From Lingula anatina (Eukaryota > Animalia > Brachiopoda), in contig CM120642.1 in the NCBI GenBank assembly GCA_051362555.1, positions 22,134,001-22,198,000 of the forward strand: a DNA stretch of 64,000 bases, in the 5' to 3' direction. Made by a program: the position numbers and the translations under genes. The notes beneath the pieces were generated by a model. The model was given only the letters and a program-made list of their open reading frames with translations, was not told where the DNA came from and made no database searches. Below are positions 24,901 to 38,127 of the stretch, one piece after another (position 1 is the first letter of the stretch; each line of letters opens with the position of its first letter).

Positions 24901-26613
24901 TGATTACTGTACATGGTTGCGTTGTCACTGTACATGTCAAAATTTATTCTGATCACTGTGTATGTCTGTATTGTGACTGTGTTTGTTTGTTTTTATTTAC
25001 ATTACTGCTCTCGTTTGTGTTGTCATTGTTCGTGTTTGTATTTATTGTGAGCAATGTGTATGTCTGTTTTGTCAATGTATTTGTTTGTAATCATTACTAT
25101 TACTCTGCATGATAGTACTGTCACTGTATGTCTGTGTGTCTGTTTATATTCTTGTGTTCATTTTCATTACTGTGCAAGTGTGAGCAATGTTTATGTCAGT
25201 TTTTTCTCTCTATATGTTTTTAATCATTATTATAACTGTTTGAATATATATACATGTCAAAATTTATTCTGATCACTGTGTTTGTCTGTATTGTGACTGT
25301 GTTTGTTTGTACTTATTTAAATCACTGTTCAGGTTTGTGTCATTACTGTTGGTGTTTCTATTTATTGTGAGCAATGTTTATGTCAGTTTTTTTCTCTCTA
25401 TATGTTTTTAATCATTATTATAATTGTTTATGTTTGTGTTTTTACTGTTTGTGTCTGCACATAATTCTGATGTGTCTGTTTATATTATGTTTGCCGTGTC
25501 TGTTATTCACTGTTGCTACTGAATGTCTTTGTATATATTGTGATGACTGTGTAGAGCTATGTTTTCACTCTTTTTCCTTGTGTTCATTTTCATTTTGATG
25601 CTTGTTACTGTTATAACAGCTACTTAGTTACTTTACATGGTGGTGTTGTCACTGTACATGTCAAATTATTCTGACCAATGTGTATGTCTGTATTTGTTTG
25701 TATTTTTTTACATTACTGTTCATGTTTGTGTTGTCACTGTTCGTGTTTGTATTTATTGTGAGTAATGTCTGTTTTGTCAATGTTTTTGTTTGTAATCATT
25801 ACTATTACTCTACATGATAGTACTGTAACTGTATGTCTATGTGTCTGTTTATATTCTGTTCTCTGTGTCTATTTTGTTTTGTCACTCTATGTGTTTCCAT
25901 GTATTGTGATCACTGTGTAGAGCTATGTTTTCACTCTTTTTCCTTGTGTTTATTTTCATTACGATGCATGTTACTGTTATAACTGTGCATGTTAATATTT
26001 ATTTTGATCACTGTTCATGTTTGTGTCATTACTGTTGGTGTTTCTATTTATTGTGAGCAATGTTTATGTCAGTTTTTTCTCTCTATATGTTTTTGATCAT
26101 TATTATAACTGTTCATGTTTATGTTGTTGCTATAAGCATAGTTTGTGTCTTTTTATATTCCAGTTGCTGTTTCCATTTTCTATTGTCATTGTATGTGTTT
26201 GTATATATATTGTGATCACAGTGCATGTCTCTTTTTTTCACTCTGTCACCAATCACTCTGTATGACTTTGCTATCACCTAATTTATTATAGTGTTCATTC
26301 TAGTTACTGTGCATGGTTGTGTTGTCACTGTACATGTCAAAATTTATTCTAATCACTGTGTATGTCTGTATTGTGACTGTTTGTTTGTACTTATTTAAAT
26401 CACTGTTCATGTTTGTGTCATTACTGTTGGTGTTTGTATTTTTTGTGAGCAATGTGTATGTCAGATATTTCACTCTATTTGTTTGTAAACATTATTGTTG
26501 CGCTGAATGATGGTGTTGTCAATGTATGACTATGTGTCTGTTTATATTCTGTTTGCTGTGTGTATTCACTATTGCCTCTGAATGTGTTTGTATATATTGT
26601 GATGTCTGTGTAC
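21905..26613 (+). repeat. Satellite (interrupted at 22246-22570)
   Basis: Same monomer motifs. Confidence 0.92.
22246..22570 (-). mobile_element. Terminal-repeat fragment of a related YR retroelement
   Basis: It begins tttatgtctcct and ends atttgtggggttgcaa, matching both ends of repeat A of the 18810 element, with a divergent interior. Confidence 0.55.
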
Positions 26614-27273
26614 TACGGAAGCCGACTGGTGCCATATGTTGAAAAAAAAAATTATCTCGAAATTTCGAGATACTATTTTGAAATTTGAACAAAAAAATTT
26701 TTTATCTCAAAATTTCGAGATAGCATTTTGAAATTTGAACAAAAAAAATTATCTCGAAATTTCGAGATAGCATTTTGATATTTGAGCAAAAAAAAAAATT
26801 ATCTCGAAATTTCGAGATAGTATTTTGAAATTTGAACAAAAAATTAATGATAATAATAATAATAATACCCACAATGCATGAGGGATGTGAAAACGGAACT
26901 ACACGAGGAAACCACATGCTCTACATTCAAAGGATTCATTTTATACGGAAGCCGACTGGTGCCATATGTTGAAAAAAAAAATTATCTCGAAATTTCGAGA
27001 TACTATTTTGAAATTTGAACAAAAAAATTTTTTATCTCAAAATTTCGAGATAGCATTTTGAAATTTGAACAAAAAAAATTATCTCGAAATTTCGAGATAG
27101 CATTTTGATATTTGAGCAAAAAAAAATTTATCTCGAAATTTCGAGATAGTATTTTGAAATTTGAACAAAAAATTAATGATAATAATAATAATAATAATAC
27201 CCACAATGCATGAGGGATGTGAAAACAGAACTACACGAGGAAACCACATGCTCTACATTCAAAGGATTCATTT
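26614..27273. repeat. Left TIR tandemly duplicated (330-bp unit) with ~48-bp subrepeats carrying the palindrome TATCTCGAAATTTCGAGATA
   Basis: TACGGAAGCC restarts at 26944. The palindromes are mirrored at 38270-38445 in the right TIR. Confidence 0.92.
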
Positions 27274-28368
27274 TAGCCTATCTGTTATACCCGAAAAAGC
27301 TTTGTTTGTAGAGTCACATGAATTTGAACAAAGGGGTTCAATTATTTCAGCAAATGGGACGTGAAAGATATAGACCAGGGCTTGGAAGAATTTATGAGGG
27401 AAAGAGGGATGACAGGTGAGATTACTATAACACTTAAACCAGTTGTCAAAATAGCTTTGCCGCCTTGTTTTTAAAATTAAGGACATTGTAACCCTTTGTT
27501 ATCATCCTAATAACGAAAGAGTTTTTACCTGCATCCAATTATTCAATAATGCATCTGTCTTTGTGCAGATTTGAAACAATGAAAAAACTCCCAGAAATGT
27601 AAAATATCGGTATTTATATTTTTTCTTTTCGATGTATATTCAATAGCATAGGCAACTCAAAGCTTTAATCGTCAATTTAACACCTTTGTATTTTTTTATT
27701 AGCAATCGGTATGAAGAGTAATTTCGTCCCTGAACTAGATTTTATCACGAAATTGTTAGAGCTGACCAGGAGTGTATATATGTAGGCTACAATCCCGTGT
27801 CATCATTTTGGTTTAAATGCTTTTATTATAGAGCTATGAGGCCTTGAGTACAGATTATTAGTAAACAAAGGTGTCATTTTGCTTTATCAACGATAAAATC
27901 TGAACTAAGGCTTTTAAGAAAAATCGCTGGCAGGGTTTTGGAGTACTAAATGGTGTCATTAAATCGCCCTTGAAATGGTGATCTAAAGAGAACCGATTTT
28001 CTAGTTTTTACCCCAAAATCGCAAATATGACGTCACCCGTGAAATTACATGTATAAATGTTAAAAAATTTAGTCACTGAACACTGAAGATTTATTTATTA
28101 CCCAAAAGAATGCATGTAAGGCAGTAAATAAGGAGTTTTGGGCGAAGGGTTAAATGTCCTTAATTATCCCTTTTGTATTTTTCTGTTTAAGGTTTACAGC
28201 CCCAACAGTTTGCCAGTACATTATTGCAACAAGTTATTATCAATATTATTTGAACTCATTATTATTTTAATAATCATTGGTGTAGGCACCACACTTACCA
28301 GTCGAACAAAGTTCAAGCAGTACTTTGTCATGAAAAAATCTTTTTTATTTTTTCTTTACAGATAAACA

Positions 28369-29825
28369 ATGAACGAGCAAGTTATTATCACCACGTATTT
28401 CCAGCTTGGGCTCAGCTACAAGGAAATTTTGTATGCGCTTGCTCTTAATCACACTGAAGAGACGGTTGCGCCAACAATGTCTGTTCCGACGCAAACACTT
28501 TACGGACATTTTAGAGGTTGCAGATTTTATTATTGATCAGATCAATGAAAGTGGAAATATGCATGGATACAGATGGATGCATTTGAAGTGTTTGCAAGCA
28601 GGCAAGACAGTCCAGCGAGACACAGTGTATTTAATAATGAAGATCATAGATCCTGATGGTTTGCAACTTAGGAGAAGAGGCAGGCTCAAAAGAAGAGAAT
28701 ACTTTGTGCGAGGACCAAACTATTTGTGGCACCTAGACTCATATGACAAATTGAAAACTTATGGCTTGTGCATCAACGGATGTATTGATGGGTTTTCTCG
28801 TCAGGTGATTTGGTTGAACGTATATCGCACAAGCAGCGACCCAAAAGTAATTGCTGGATATTACATAGAAGCAGTGAGTGCCATGGAAGGATGCCCAAAT
28901 TTAGTCAGAGGAGACATGGGAACCGAGAACGGTCATGTAGCACAGATGCAAGAGTTCTTGTCGGAGCAGAATAGCTTTATTTATGGGCGGAGCACTCACA
29001 ACCAGCGGATTGAAGCCTTTTGGTGTATGCTGCGTAAAGAATGCATACAATTTTGGATGGATGTTCTGAAAAGCATTGAAGAATGTTGGGGATTTTGCAG
29101 GAGACCCGCTAGACACAAGCCTCGTCCAATTCTGCTTCATGACTTTGGTCCAGGTATTAAAGCATTTTATAGTTCTATCTGTTTCGGCTGCTGAAATGAG
29201 ACTAATTGATTGTCGGTAATGCATAATTAACTTTAGCGCTTCTTATATTTACTGGGTCTTTCTAAGAGTCAAGAATCCATTTCTTTTTTGTTTTAATCTC
29301 ACATAATGGCGTTAAATAGTTTTAATGTTTTAAAAAGTTTTAGATGTTAAAACATCTCCAAATACAATACTGCATATAATCATCAGGGTGTAGTTGAATG
29401 GTGACTGCAATATTAAGTAATGTCAGTTTTGAGTTGTGGTAAATTGTATGCTAATTAACAAAATAGCCTGAAATTCTTTTTCTTTATATTTATAATAGAC
29501 TGATCTGGATAGGGTCACGTCTGTATGGAACTGTCACCGCATACGACGCACACAGAATCAGAACGTTCCCAATGGAAGACCAATCGTTCTGTTCTCTATG
29601 CCAGAATTGTATGGCCGACGAGACTTCCTGCGACCAGTCAACCAAGGACATATCGAAGCATGTTTCACCGAATGCAGCTTCAGGGATGGCCTTCCCTGTG
29701 ATGAAGAATTATTTGAACTCTTCAATATTTACATGGCTGAACTTTTTTTGGACTTTCCTACCAATGTACAGGAGGCACAGCAGGTTTACCATGCATTGCG
29801 ATTAGCTATTCGACAGGATCTATAG
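28369..29825 (+). pseudogene. IS3EU-type DDE (rve integrase-like) transposase, spliced and frameshifted
   Basis: An acceptor at 28361 is followed by ATG MNEQVIITTYFQLGLSYKEI (HTH-like). Core motifs are GYRWMH, GPNYLWHLDSYDKLK, CIDGFSR, RGDMGTEN and STHNQRIEAFW. An intron spans ~29153-29498 (cag|gtatt ... aatag|act) before a last exon containing WNCHRIR...MPELYG. Frameshifts lie near 28450 and 29080. Confidence 0.85.
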
Positions 29826-30391
29826 TGTGTCGCATTGGTACATATCAGCTGTGTCACAGTAACAATGATTGTTCAGGGAAGTCTTGATGATCAATGCATA
29901 TCAAGTCATGTTACTTATAAGCTTTATTCATGATAACAAATAATGAGTACAGTGTAAAAACAGAACAGCCTTAAAATCTGCAGGCCATGCAGTACAACAA
30001 AACACAGAACATCAGTATTTTTTGCTGAGATAAACTTAATAGTATGCCGGTTATTATTAGTATTACTATTATTATGAAAAGTCACTATCATGACTTAAAT
30101 CAGTTTTCAATAAGCATAACAAAAACATACTACATGGTCTACCTTTTGACATAATATTAAAGTCAACTTACCTTAGAACTTCAACACAAACATGTAGAAC
30201 TGACTTTTGCTGATGTAATTTTTAGAAAGAACGTAAATCAAGAGTGAACATTCCATTGAAAATCCTTTCATTGTCTGGCACAGTCCTACTTCTATCATCA
30301 GGATTTTAGATAATTATGAATTACAGTCATGTATTTATTTTTTCTGCAATTTGTTTGGGAATAACTTATGTAAAGGTAATCTGACAATGCT

Positions 30392-30441
<50 letters not shown>

Positions 30442-30990
30442 AGAGTAACATTCTTCATCATGTTTAAATATAAAGTGCTAGTGCATGTATATTGAAAAAT
30501 AGTTGGGTGATACAGTAAAATTGATAGTTCTCTCAGTATTTGCACTATGACACATACCTGGCATGAAACTTTAACCCACAGTTTGATCCTTGGATTGATA
30601 TCCAATATATTATTCAACTTTTACTCTATAATTGACCCCAAAACAAAAATAAAAGTGAAAAAAAATCATTTTATTAGTCTAACTTTTATTAACAAAAAGA
30701 AAAACACCCGGTCTACCATCAGGTGTAGAGCACAAAGATTGCTATTATAATGAAAACATCCATAATGTTTTAAAAACAATGCACAAAAGACACTTCTTTT
30801 GTGATTCAGAAATTAAACTTTTGAATTTATCATTATTGTATGATCACAAGGGAAAAGGATTATTATGGTAAATTACACATATATATTAAGATAAAAATCA
30901 ATATCAAAATATGTTTGTCAGACATTAACCAAGTGTCTAAAAGCAATATTAGAATATCTCTATTGGATATCAGCCAAGTGTCTGAAATAT

Positions 30991-31105
30991 TGGTTAACCA
31001 AAAGAGCTCTACTATAACACGTAATATAAGTGTAAAATGAAAAGCTCTTTTGGTTAACCAAAAGAGCTCTACTATAACACGTAATATAAGTGTAAAATGA
31101 AAAGC
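30991..31105. repeat. 60-bp tandem duplication in the intergenic region of the transposon
   Basis: tggttaaccaaaagagctctactataacacgtaatataagtgtaaaatgaaaagc occurs at 30991 and 31051. Confidence 0.9.
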
Positions 31106-31674
31106 AGAAAATTTGGCTAAATCAAACTAGAAATTAAAAACGCAAGCATTATATGTATCAGACTGACCAGGATATGGATATTCCATTCCATCAACAAGAG
31201 ACATGAACAGTGAGGTTCAGAGCACAAAGGTTATAATATAATATTATGACAACGCCCATAACATGTTTTAACAACATGGAACAAAGGGTACTTCTTTGGT
31301 GTGTCAACAAAAATAGACAAATCACTTGCAACTTGCATAAACTTACAAAGCACTTTTAAAACCAACAGTTCATTATGTTTTGTAGCATGATCACACTTTT
31401 ATCATCAATGTTTGATCACAAGAGAAAATTATTAATGAAAATTACACATATGAACATAAAAACCAGTATAAAAATGTTTGTCAGACATAAACCAAGTGTC
31501 TTAAATCCTCACTGACTAAAAGAAGGATGCCATTACATGCAGTACAAGTGTAAAATGAAACAGGCTTAATGCACTTTCAAAAACAAGGAAAAACTGCACC
31601 TCTGTTCAACATCATATTTAGAGTAAGCCTCACGTCCCATTTACCTTAATGACCATGAAATGTTAGTTTGTAGC

Positions 31675-34600
31675 TTACACAATGTCCATAACCCATATGT
31701 TTTGGTTTAGAATGTTATCAAATTCGTACCTAAAGTCCATGTAACTTTCGTACAGCCTTGGAAGTTGGAGGAAACACCCACATGTGTGTGCTACTGGGCG
31801 CCTCTGAAAACCAGTGAGAGATGAGAATTCCACAGAAATCTGTGGCACTGTTAACAGATCTGATCCTGTACAATATCTTAGGAATTGTCCTAATTTGTCA
31901 CCATCTGCGTCTTTGACATATCTTTTAATGTGTTTTGCCACTTCTGACTCCATTGCATCCATAAACTCAGGAAATTTGAAAGACTTGATCACTCTTCGAG
32001 AAGTGGGATAAACATTGCTGTAAATTTCCTCAATTTTGTTGGGGTTAATCTTTGCATCCAAGAGACATTCCCTCATGCAATTACCAACAAATGTTGGTTT
32101 TTGGATCAATTGCGTGTGTGCAATTTCAAGGCTTACAGATCTGATGTTGTCTTCTTTTGGTTTTGCTCTACATTCATATGTCTCTAGACAGTCCAATAAT
32201 TCATCCTCATCAACTTGTGTGTAGTTTTCATAGGCCTGGTGAAGAACCTCCATGTCTGGTTTTGTAACAAACTTCCAAAAGTCTTCAAGCAAGCATGATT
32301 TGACTTCTTCTTCATTACTACAGATGACTGAAAAGAGAAATGCTTTTGAAAGCTTGATAGGCCAGTACCCAGTGTACTTAAACCCATACAGAAGGACTCT
32401 GCCAATTGCCTGCCATTCAGTTTCACCTAGGTCATGGCGTAGAGCAGGAACCTTAACTTCACGGCCAACCGTGCACATTTGGTAGAAAGTTTGCCAAAAT
32501 TCAGTCAGCACGTCGTGGAGAACTCCCCCAGTATCTTCTGCTATTTCCCTCTCACCATTACTTAGAATCCTGGTGATTGTTATGAGTTTATCTGATATTT
32601 CAGGATCTTTAAAGTAAGACATAACTTCAAAGAAGGAAGATGTCCCCATGTGAACTATCATTTCAACAGAATATGGACTTTTTTCAGTTGTTGCATCATT
32701 CAATGCGGCCATAGACACAACAGAAGGCCCTTCATTCTGTGGCATGGTGTCATCATCTACCACCACAGCAGTAGCATTTTCTGCTTCTGTGAGAATTGGC
32801 ATTTCACTGTGTACTGGTATATCAAAGGAGATTTCACCATCAGTATAATGACCTTCAAAGCATATTGGCGAATCAAGGAAATCTTGTGAATCCTGAATAT
32901 CACTCTTTTGGGCAGGTGACATTTCTATAGGCATTGTTGATGGATTTTCTGTTTCTGCAGGTGTCACCACTTTTTGTTCCTCCTTGGATGTAAAAATGGG
33001 CTCCGAGAGGATGTTGGTTCATGACTTTGATGCCTCTTTGTTGCCATGTAAAACCGTAAAAGACTTATACCAGTTTTATCATACATTTCCCCAACAGTGA
33101 CATCAGTGGTGAGAATTTACTCTGAAAAATTCATCAGGTTAATGTCAAAGTCTTCTACTGAGCCCAGTTTTGACTCTCCCTCAGGAAAAAACCTCCTCAC
33201 TGCTTCTTCGATTATTTCTCCCTTTTTAGCAGACTTGGAAATATCAACCTTCCTACTGCCACCCTTTTCCCCCTTTACTTGCTTGTAGCTGTCATCATCA
33301 AAGTGAAGCCATCCAATTTCAATTTTGCGAGTAGCCTTCATTGCATTACTATTCTTGCCTATATTTGTGACTTTGTTTGGCATTCTTTCACTTTTTTGAG
33401 AATAATGAAGCTTTTGTCTCAAGGAACTCAACAGTGTGTTCTTCTTTGCATTCACTGACGCATTGGTTTTACTGGTACGACAAAACTGCTTGATAGCAAT
33501 CCTATCCCCTTGTTTTGGTATAAATGCTGACAACAGGGCATCATCTGCTACTTCTATCACAGCCTTGTCCATCTGCAATAGAAAAGGAATGTTATTAATG
33601 GAGGGAAATGGTATGTACACTGACACTCACAAAAACATTTACTTGTATCTTTAAAAGGCCGTTCACAGCTAAGCCACTTACTAATACATTGCTTTTGCCA
33701 TAATTGCAAAATGTGGAATGGCCATGTATTTTTAAGATAAAGTGTAACTATCTCAGCCTGTTATATAAATAAATTTGCCTTTGCACCATTTGAAGGTGTC
33801 CACACTGTGGCACAGACCACATAATTTTATACATGGCTACAGTAATTAGTTTTCACAGTCATAGTTGTTTACACATGCTTCATACCAAAAGTAGGTCACT
33901 GCTGCCTGTGGCGTGTGGAGTGCTTTTAAAAATTTATTTAAGGGCCATTCCGTGGTATTTGGTCTGCAGAAATGCAGACCTTAAAATTTCAAAAAAGACT
34001 GCTACTTACAAAACTTACAATTTCTGAAATCAGACATCCCAAGACACCAGAATCCAAAATAATTTTTAGGTTTTGATGATTAATTATGACTTTATTGACA
34101 CTTTTATCTGGAAAAATTATAAAATAGTGTTTGGGAAGGACATTTTTATTTTTGATATGGTTTTCAAAATATTGATCATTTTTAATAATAAAGGCTTAAG
34201 ACATTTAATATAGGTTATTTTCCATATTTGGCCAAGAGCATTTGATGAAAATTTATTTAATTAGGAAATAATGGATTAATTAATATCAATTTGTCCTTCC
34301 CAGATGATTTTGGTACCTACCGGTATTTTTTAAGCTTTCTCAGTAATACAAAAGCTAAAAATTTTTCACTTCACATTCTCCTCAAACATGACATGGGTCA
34401 ACAACCCATGAAAGAAATTTTAATAAGAAACATTTCAATGAGAAATTAAATAAAAATTAATAATCATTTCAGAATAACACCCAGCATTTTATTAGGGCAT
34501 GAGGCATTTTGATAGGACAATAAGAGGTCATGTGACCAATGACACCCAAACCTTTATGTCTTTCAAGATAATCTAGAACTTTAAATTATCTACCAAATAT

Positions 34601-36078
34601 TTTTTAACTTTGAAACATTTCATTTGAATGAATAATTTTGAAATTATTATAATCTAGACAATATATAAAATTTTAATCAATGAATTTGGTTAGACTTACT
34701 ATAAAATGTCACAATACTATTCAATTATAATCATAGAAGATGAGACCTTTTATCATAGCCAAAAATAGTAAAATGTTTGGTGATGAAATATATGATCATA
34801 GAAGACTCTGCTTACTTTTGATGTCATTCATCAAACTTATCTTGGTACAGTAAATATATCATTAAATATTTCTATTTAGCCTTGTTTCACATTTTTTTAG
34901 CAATGGACAAAATGTCCTTCCCAAATGTGTCCTTCCCAGATGCCTACTTGATTTTTATATAGATCTGCAAAATTTTCAAATTAAAAAAAAATTTGGAAAT
35001 ACACTTTACACATATTTAGAAAGAGAAATAATCAAATATTTATATTTTGCTTTGATTTTTAGAATATCTCCACAGACAGAGCAGAGTTTTGGTGTTAAAG
35101 TTGAAAGTTAAAATTCCATGTCCATTTCACGTCCTTCCCAGATGCTTACTAATTTTTACTATTTTTCCTAAATTATTATTTTTTTAATCCTAATTTTTTT
35201 TTGTCTAAACATCACTCACATACAGAGGAATAAACACACCAAAAATTTGGAGAACAACATTTGTATCAGTAAAATAAATAAATGCATAAAGGGTTGTTTA
35301 TAATGTGAGATATAGAGGGTGGAGTGAGAGTATATTGTGGAGAGCACTAAAACATCAATGGATATAAAATAAAAAAAGTCAGTGAGGTGTTTTTTGATCA
35401 GATTTTTTTGCACCAGGCAAGTAATGCCAGTACCTATGTTGAACCCTGAATTATAACATTGGATAGGAGCCTTGGATGGCTGGTTGTGTCACTGCGTAAA
35501 AATGTATGGGAATAGGTCCGTCAATGGTTGACATGTTTGTATTAACACCGAGATGGTTATTCTAGAATAATTTGGTGGACAATCAGTATAATAAAACAAA
35601 AAGTTCAGAGTGCCTTTTATCTCTTGCTTAGATATCAATGTCAGAGGTAAACAAGCTCCCCATTTCCCTGACACATGAATGCAACTTTTTATTCTGTGAC
35701 CTTCGTGGAATGCCATAATTATACCCGGTGATTTGAAATTTTTAGTTTTTTTATTCACTGTGATTTGTGAATTTTACTTCCCATGAACTGTGATCACTAC
35801 CCCCAATGGGAGTACTACATGTAGTACCAGTAAAATGTATGCACTCCATTCTGAGGAAAGAACGCGTACTACTGGTATATTTTTACAATATACTATAGGT
35901 TTTCTAACGATATAGGATATAACGATATAGGATTCTAACTACTGCAGTTGTGCTTCCTTTAAATCCAAAAAATTCTGCTGCTAAACGTGTCTAAACATAC
36001 CTTTTCTTCCAATAGCTTATTAATTTGGGTGTCGCTAATCCCTCTTCCCCTCATGAAGTCTTCCAAATCCTGGTCCAT
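31675..36078 (-). pseudogene. Transposon-borne SAM-like / ubiquitin-like / HECT E3 ubiquitin-ligase gene (2 exons, disrupted)
   Basis: Exon 1 (36078-36001) encodes MDQDLEDFMRGRGISDTQINKLLEEK|gt and splices in phase 0 to an acceptor at 33572 (MDKAVIEVADDALLSAFIPKQGDRIAIKQFC, SAM-like). An in-frame stop at 33117 and a frameshift near 33000 disrupt it. The HECT region has EDTGGVLHDVLTEFW, FLRYCTGS and the catalytic-Cys motif PVAHTCG. Confidence 0.82.
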
Positions 36079-36140
36079 ATCGTTACTTCCCGTTGGCAGA
36101 AATAATTGAGTCCCTTTGGTCAAATTTATGTGACTCTACA

Positions 36141-38127
36141 AACAAGGCAGCAAAGCTGTCAAATGTACAGACAAAAAGCAGGAAATAACTATGCACAAAA
36201 TAGGCTACTGTCAATTCTGATGCAAAAGTACATTATGTTAAACTGCAAATTCAACATCAAATTTTAATTATGCTCAACAGGTAATACCAATGTAAGTAAA
36301 ATGTGTAACAAGCATAAGGCTTCAGGCCCATGGCAGTTCAAGTTCACACTTTGAAAATGTATAACTTCCAGAAAAAGAAGCCAATTAGACTGCTTTTCCA
36401 ACTGAAGCTGTATTTTAGTCCCATGTTTCTTTCCTGTAAGTTTGAGAACAGTAAGTGACATGATTTTTCTTAAATGGTCATCATGGGAGCAGTGCCCAAA
36501 ATATTTTTTTCCAAATTTTGATGCAATATTACATAATGTTTAACAGCATAATGACCATCAATCTTTAATAATAAAATATTAGTATTATGGATATTCAGAA
36601 AATGTGACTAGCAAAGGTCTTCAGGCCCATGGAACTTCAAAGTCACAACTTGAAAATGCCAAAATGTAAACAAGACAGCACTGTTCTGAAATGTTTTTTT
36701 TTCCATTTTTAACACTTTTTTAACATAAAACAAAATTAACAGTTTACTGCCATTTTTATATGATCAACTAAGAAAATTGATGAGATGTGAAAAATATCAA
36801 TAAAACATAGTGAATGATTGAATCTTACAAACTGCAATGATATGAGTTTATTTCCATTTTTGAAACTTTATTACACAATACACAATAACAAGTTTACCAT
36901 CATTTTTACAAAATCAACTAACAATGTTGTAAAGATGCAGGAAATGTCAAACAAACACTTTTACTTATCTTATTAATTAAATAATGAAACTGTTAACATG
37001 CCTAAGAATTGAATCTGAGGAAATGTGAAAAAACAGCATAACTACTAAAATAGTGGTCCGATCATGCCGATTTTCGAACTTGATCTGCGTTTTAGTAAGA
37101 TTGATTACTCCTGTGAGTTTCATGACAACAGGCCTATCAGTTTTCCTTGAAATGTGTTAACAGTGTTGCATATATGCTGAAAAGTGAAAAAACAGCATAA
37201 ATTCAACAATAATGGCCCGATTATGCTGATTTTCGAACTTGACCTGTATTTTATGAATATTCATCAGCTCTGTAAATATAAAGCCAAAAAGTAAAACTGT
37301 TTTCCACTTATGGTGTTAACGCTGAAAGTGCAAGGCGACGGCGACATGATCAGCGACGGCGACGACAGACGCAGGTGATGGCAATATGTACAGACACATC
37401 TGTGTCTGTACATAAAAAATGAAAAAACAGCATAACTTCCATAAAAGTGGCTCTATCATGCTGTTTTTCAAAGTTGACCTGCATATTATGAATATTCATC
37501 AGTTCTGTAAGTTTCAAGCCAAAAGGTGAAACGGTATTTCACATATCGTGTTATCGGTGTTGCATATATGCTGAAAAAAGTGAAAAAACAGTGTAACTTC
37601 CCTAAAAATGACCCAATCATGCTGATTTTCGAACTTGACTTGTGCATTATAAATATTCATCAGTTTTATAAGTTTCAAGCCAAAAAGTAAAATGGTTTTC
37701 CACTTATCGTGTTATCGGTGCTGCATATATGCTGAAAAAAGTGAAAAAACAGCATAACTTCCCTACCAGTGACCCGATCATGCTGATGTTCAAACTTGAC
37801 CTGTGCATTATAAATATTCATCAGTTTTATAAGTTTCAAGCCAAAGGGTAAAATGGTTTTCTACCTATCATGTTATCGGTGCTGCATATATGCTGAAAAA
37901 AGTGAAAAAACAGCATAACTTCCCTAAAAATGGCCCGATCATGCTGATTTTCGAACTTGACCTGCGTATTATGAATATTCATCAGTTCTGTAAGTTTCAA
38001 GCCAAAACCAAAAATGGTTTTCCACTTATCGTGTTATCGGTAAAAGTGCACGACGGCGACGACGGCGACGACGGCAGACGCAGGTGATGGCTATATGTAC
38101 AGACACATCTGTGTCTGTACATAAAAA
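36141..38127 (+). mobile_element. Non-autonomous Helentron-associated element (HINE/DINE-like) nested in the right TIR arm
   Basis: It starts AACAAG and has a subterminal atgtacagaca. Core ~161-bp tandem repeats (cataact...gaacttgacctg...aagtttca) span 37025-38040, followed by a GACGGC microsatellite and the 3' palindrome tatgtacagacac-atct-gtgtctgtacata plus an A-run (present twice, 37385 and 38094). Removing it restores colinearity with the left arm. Confidence 0.75.

Noticed and set aside
26702-27364. ORFs with repeated SRNFEI / ISKFRD (also 38221-38610)
   Set aside because: They are translations of the palindromic TIR subrepeats.
30393-30440. Poly-T as a retrocopy or LINE tail
   Set aside because: No TSD or recognisable retro body; similar homopolymers occur at 50891 and 54218 inside other elements.
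31675-32970. Host G2E3-like E3 ligase gene
   Set aside because: It is enclosed by TIRs and a TSD inside satellite and is disrupted, so it is transposon cargo.
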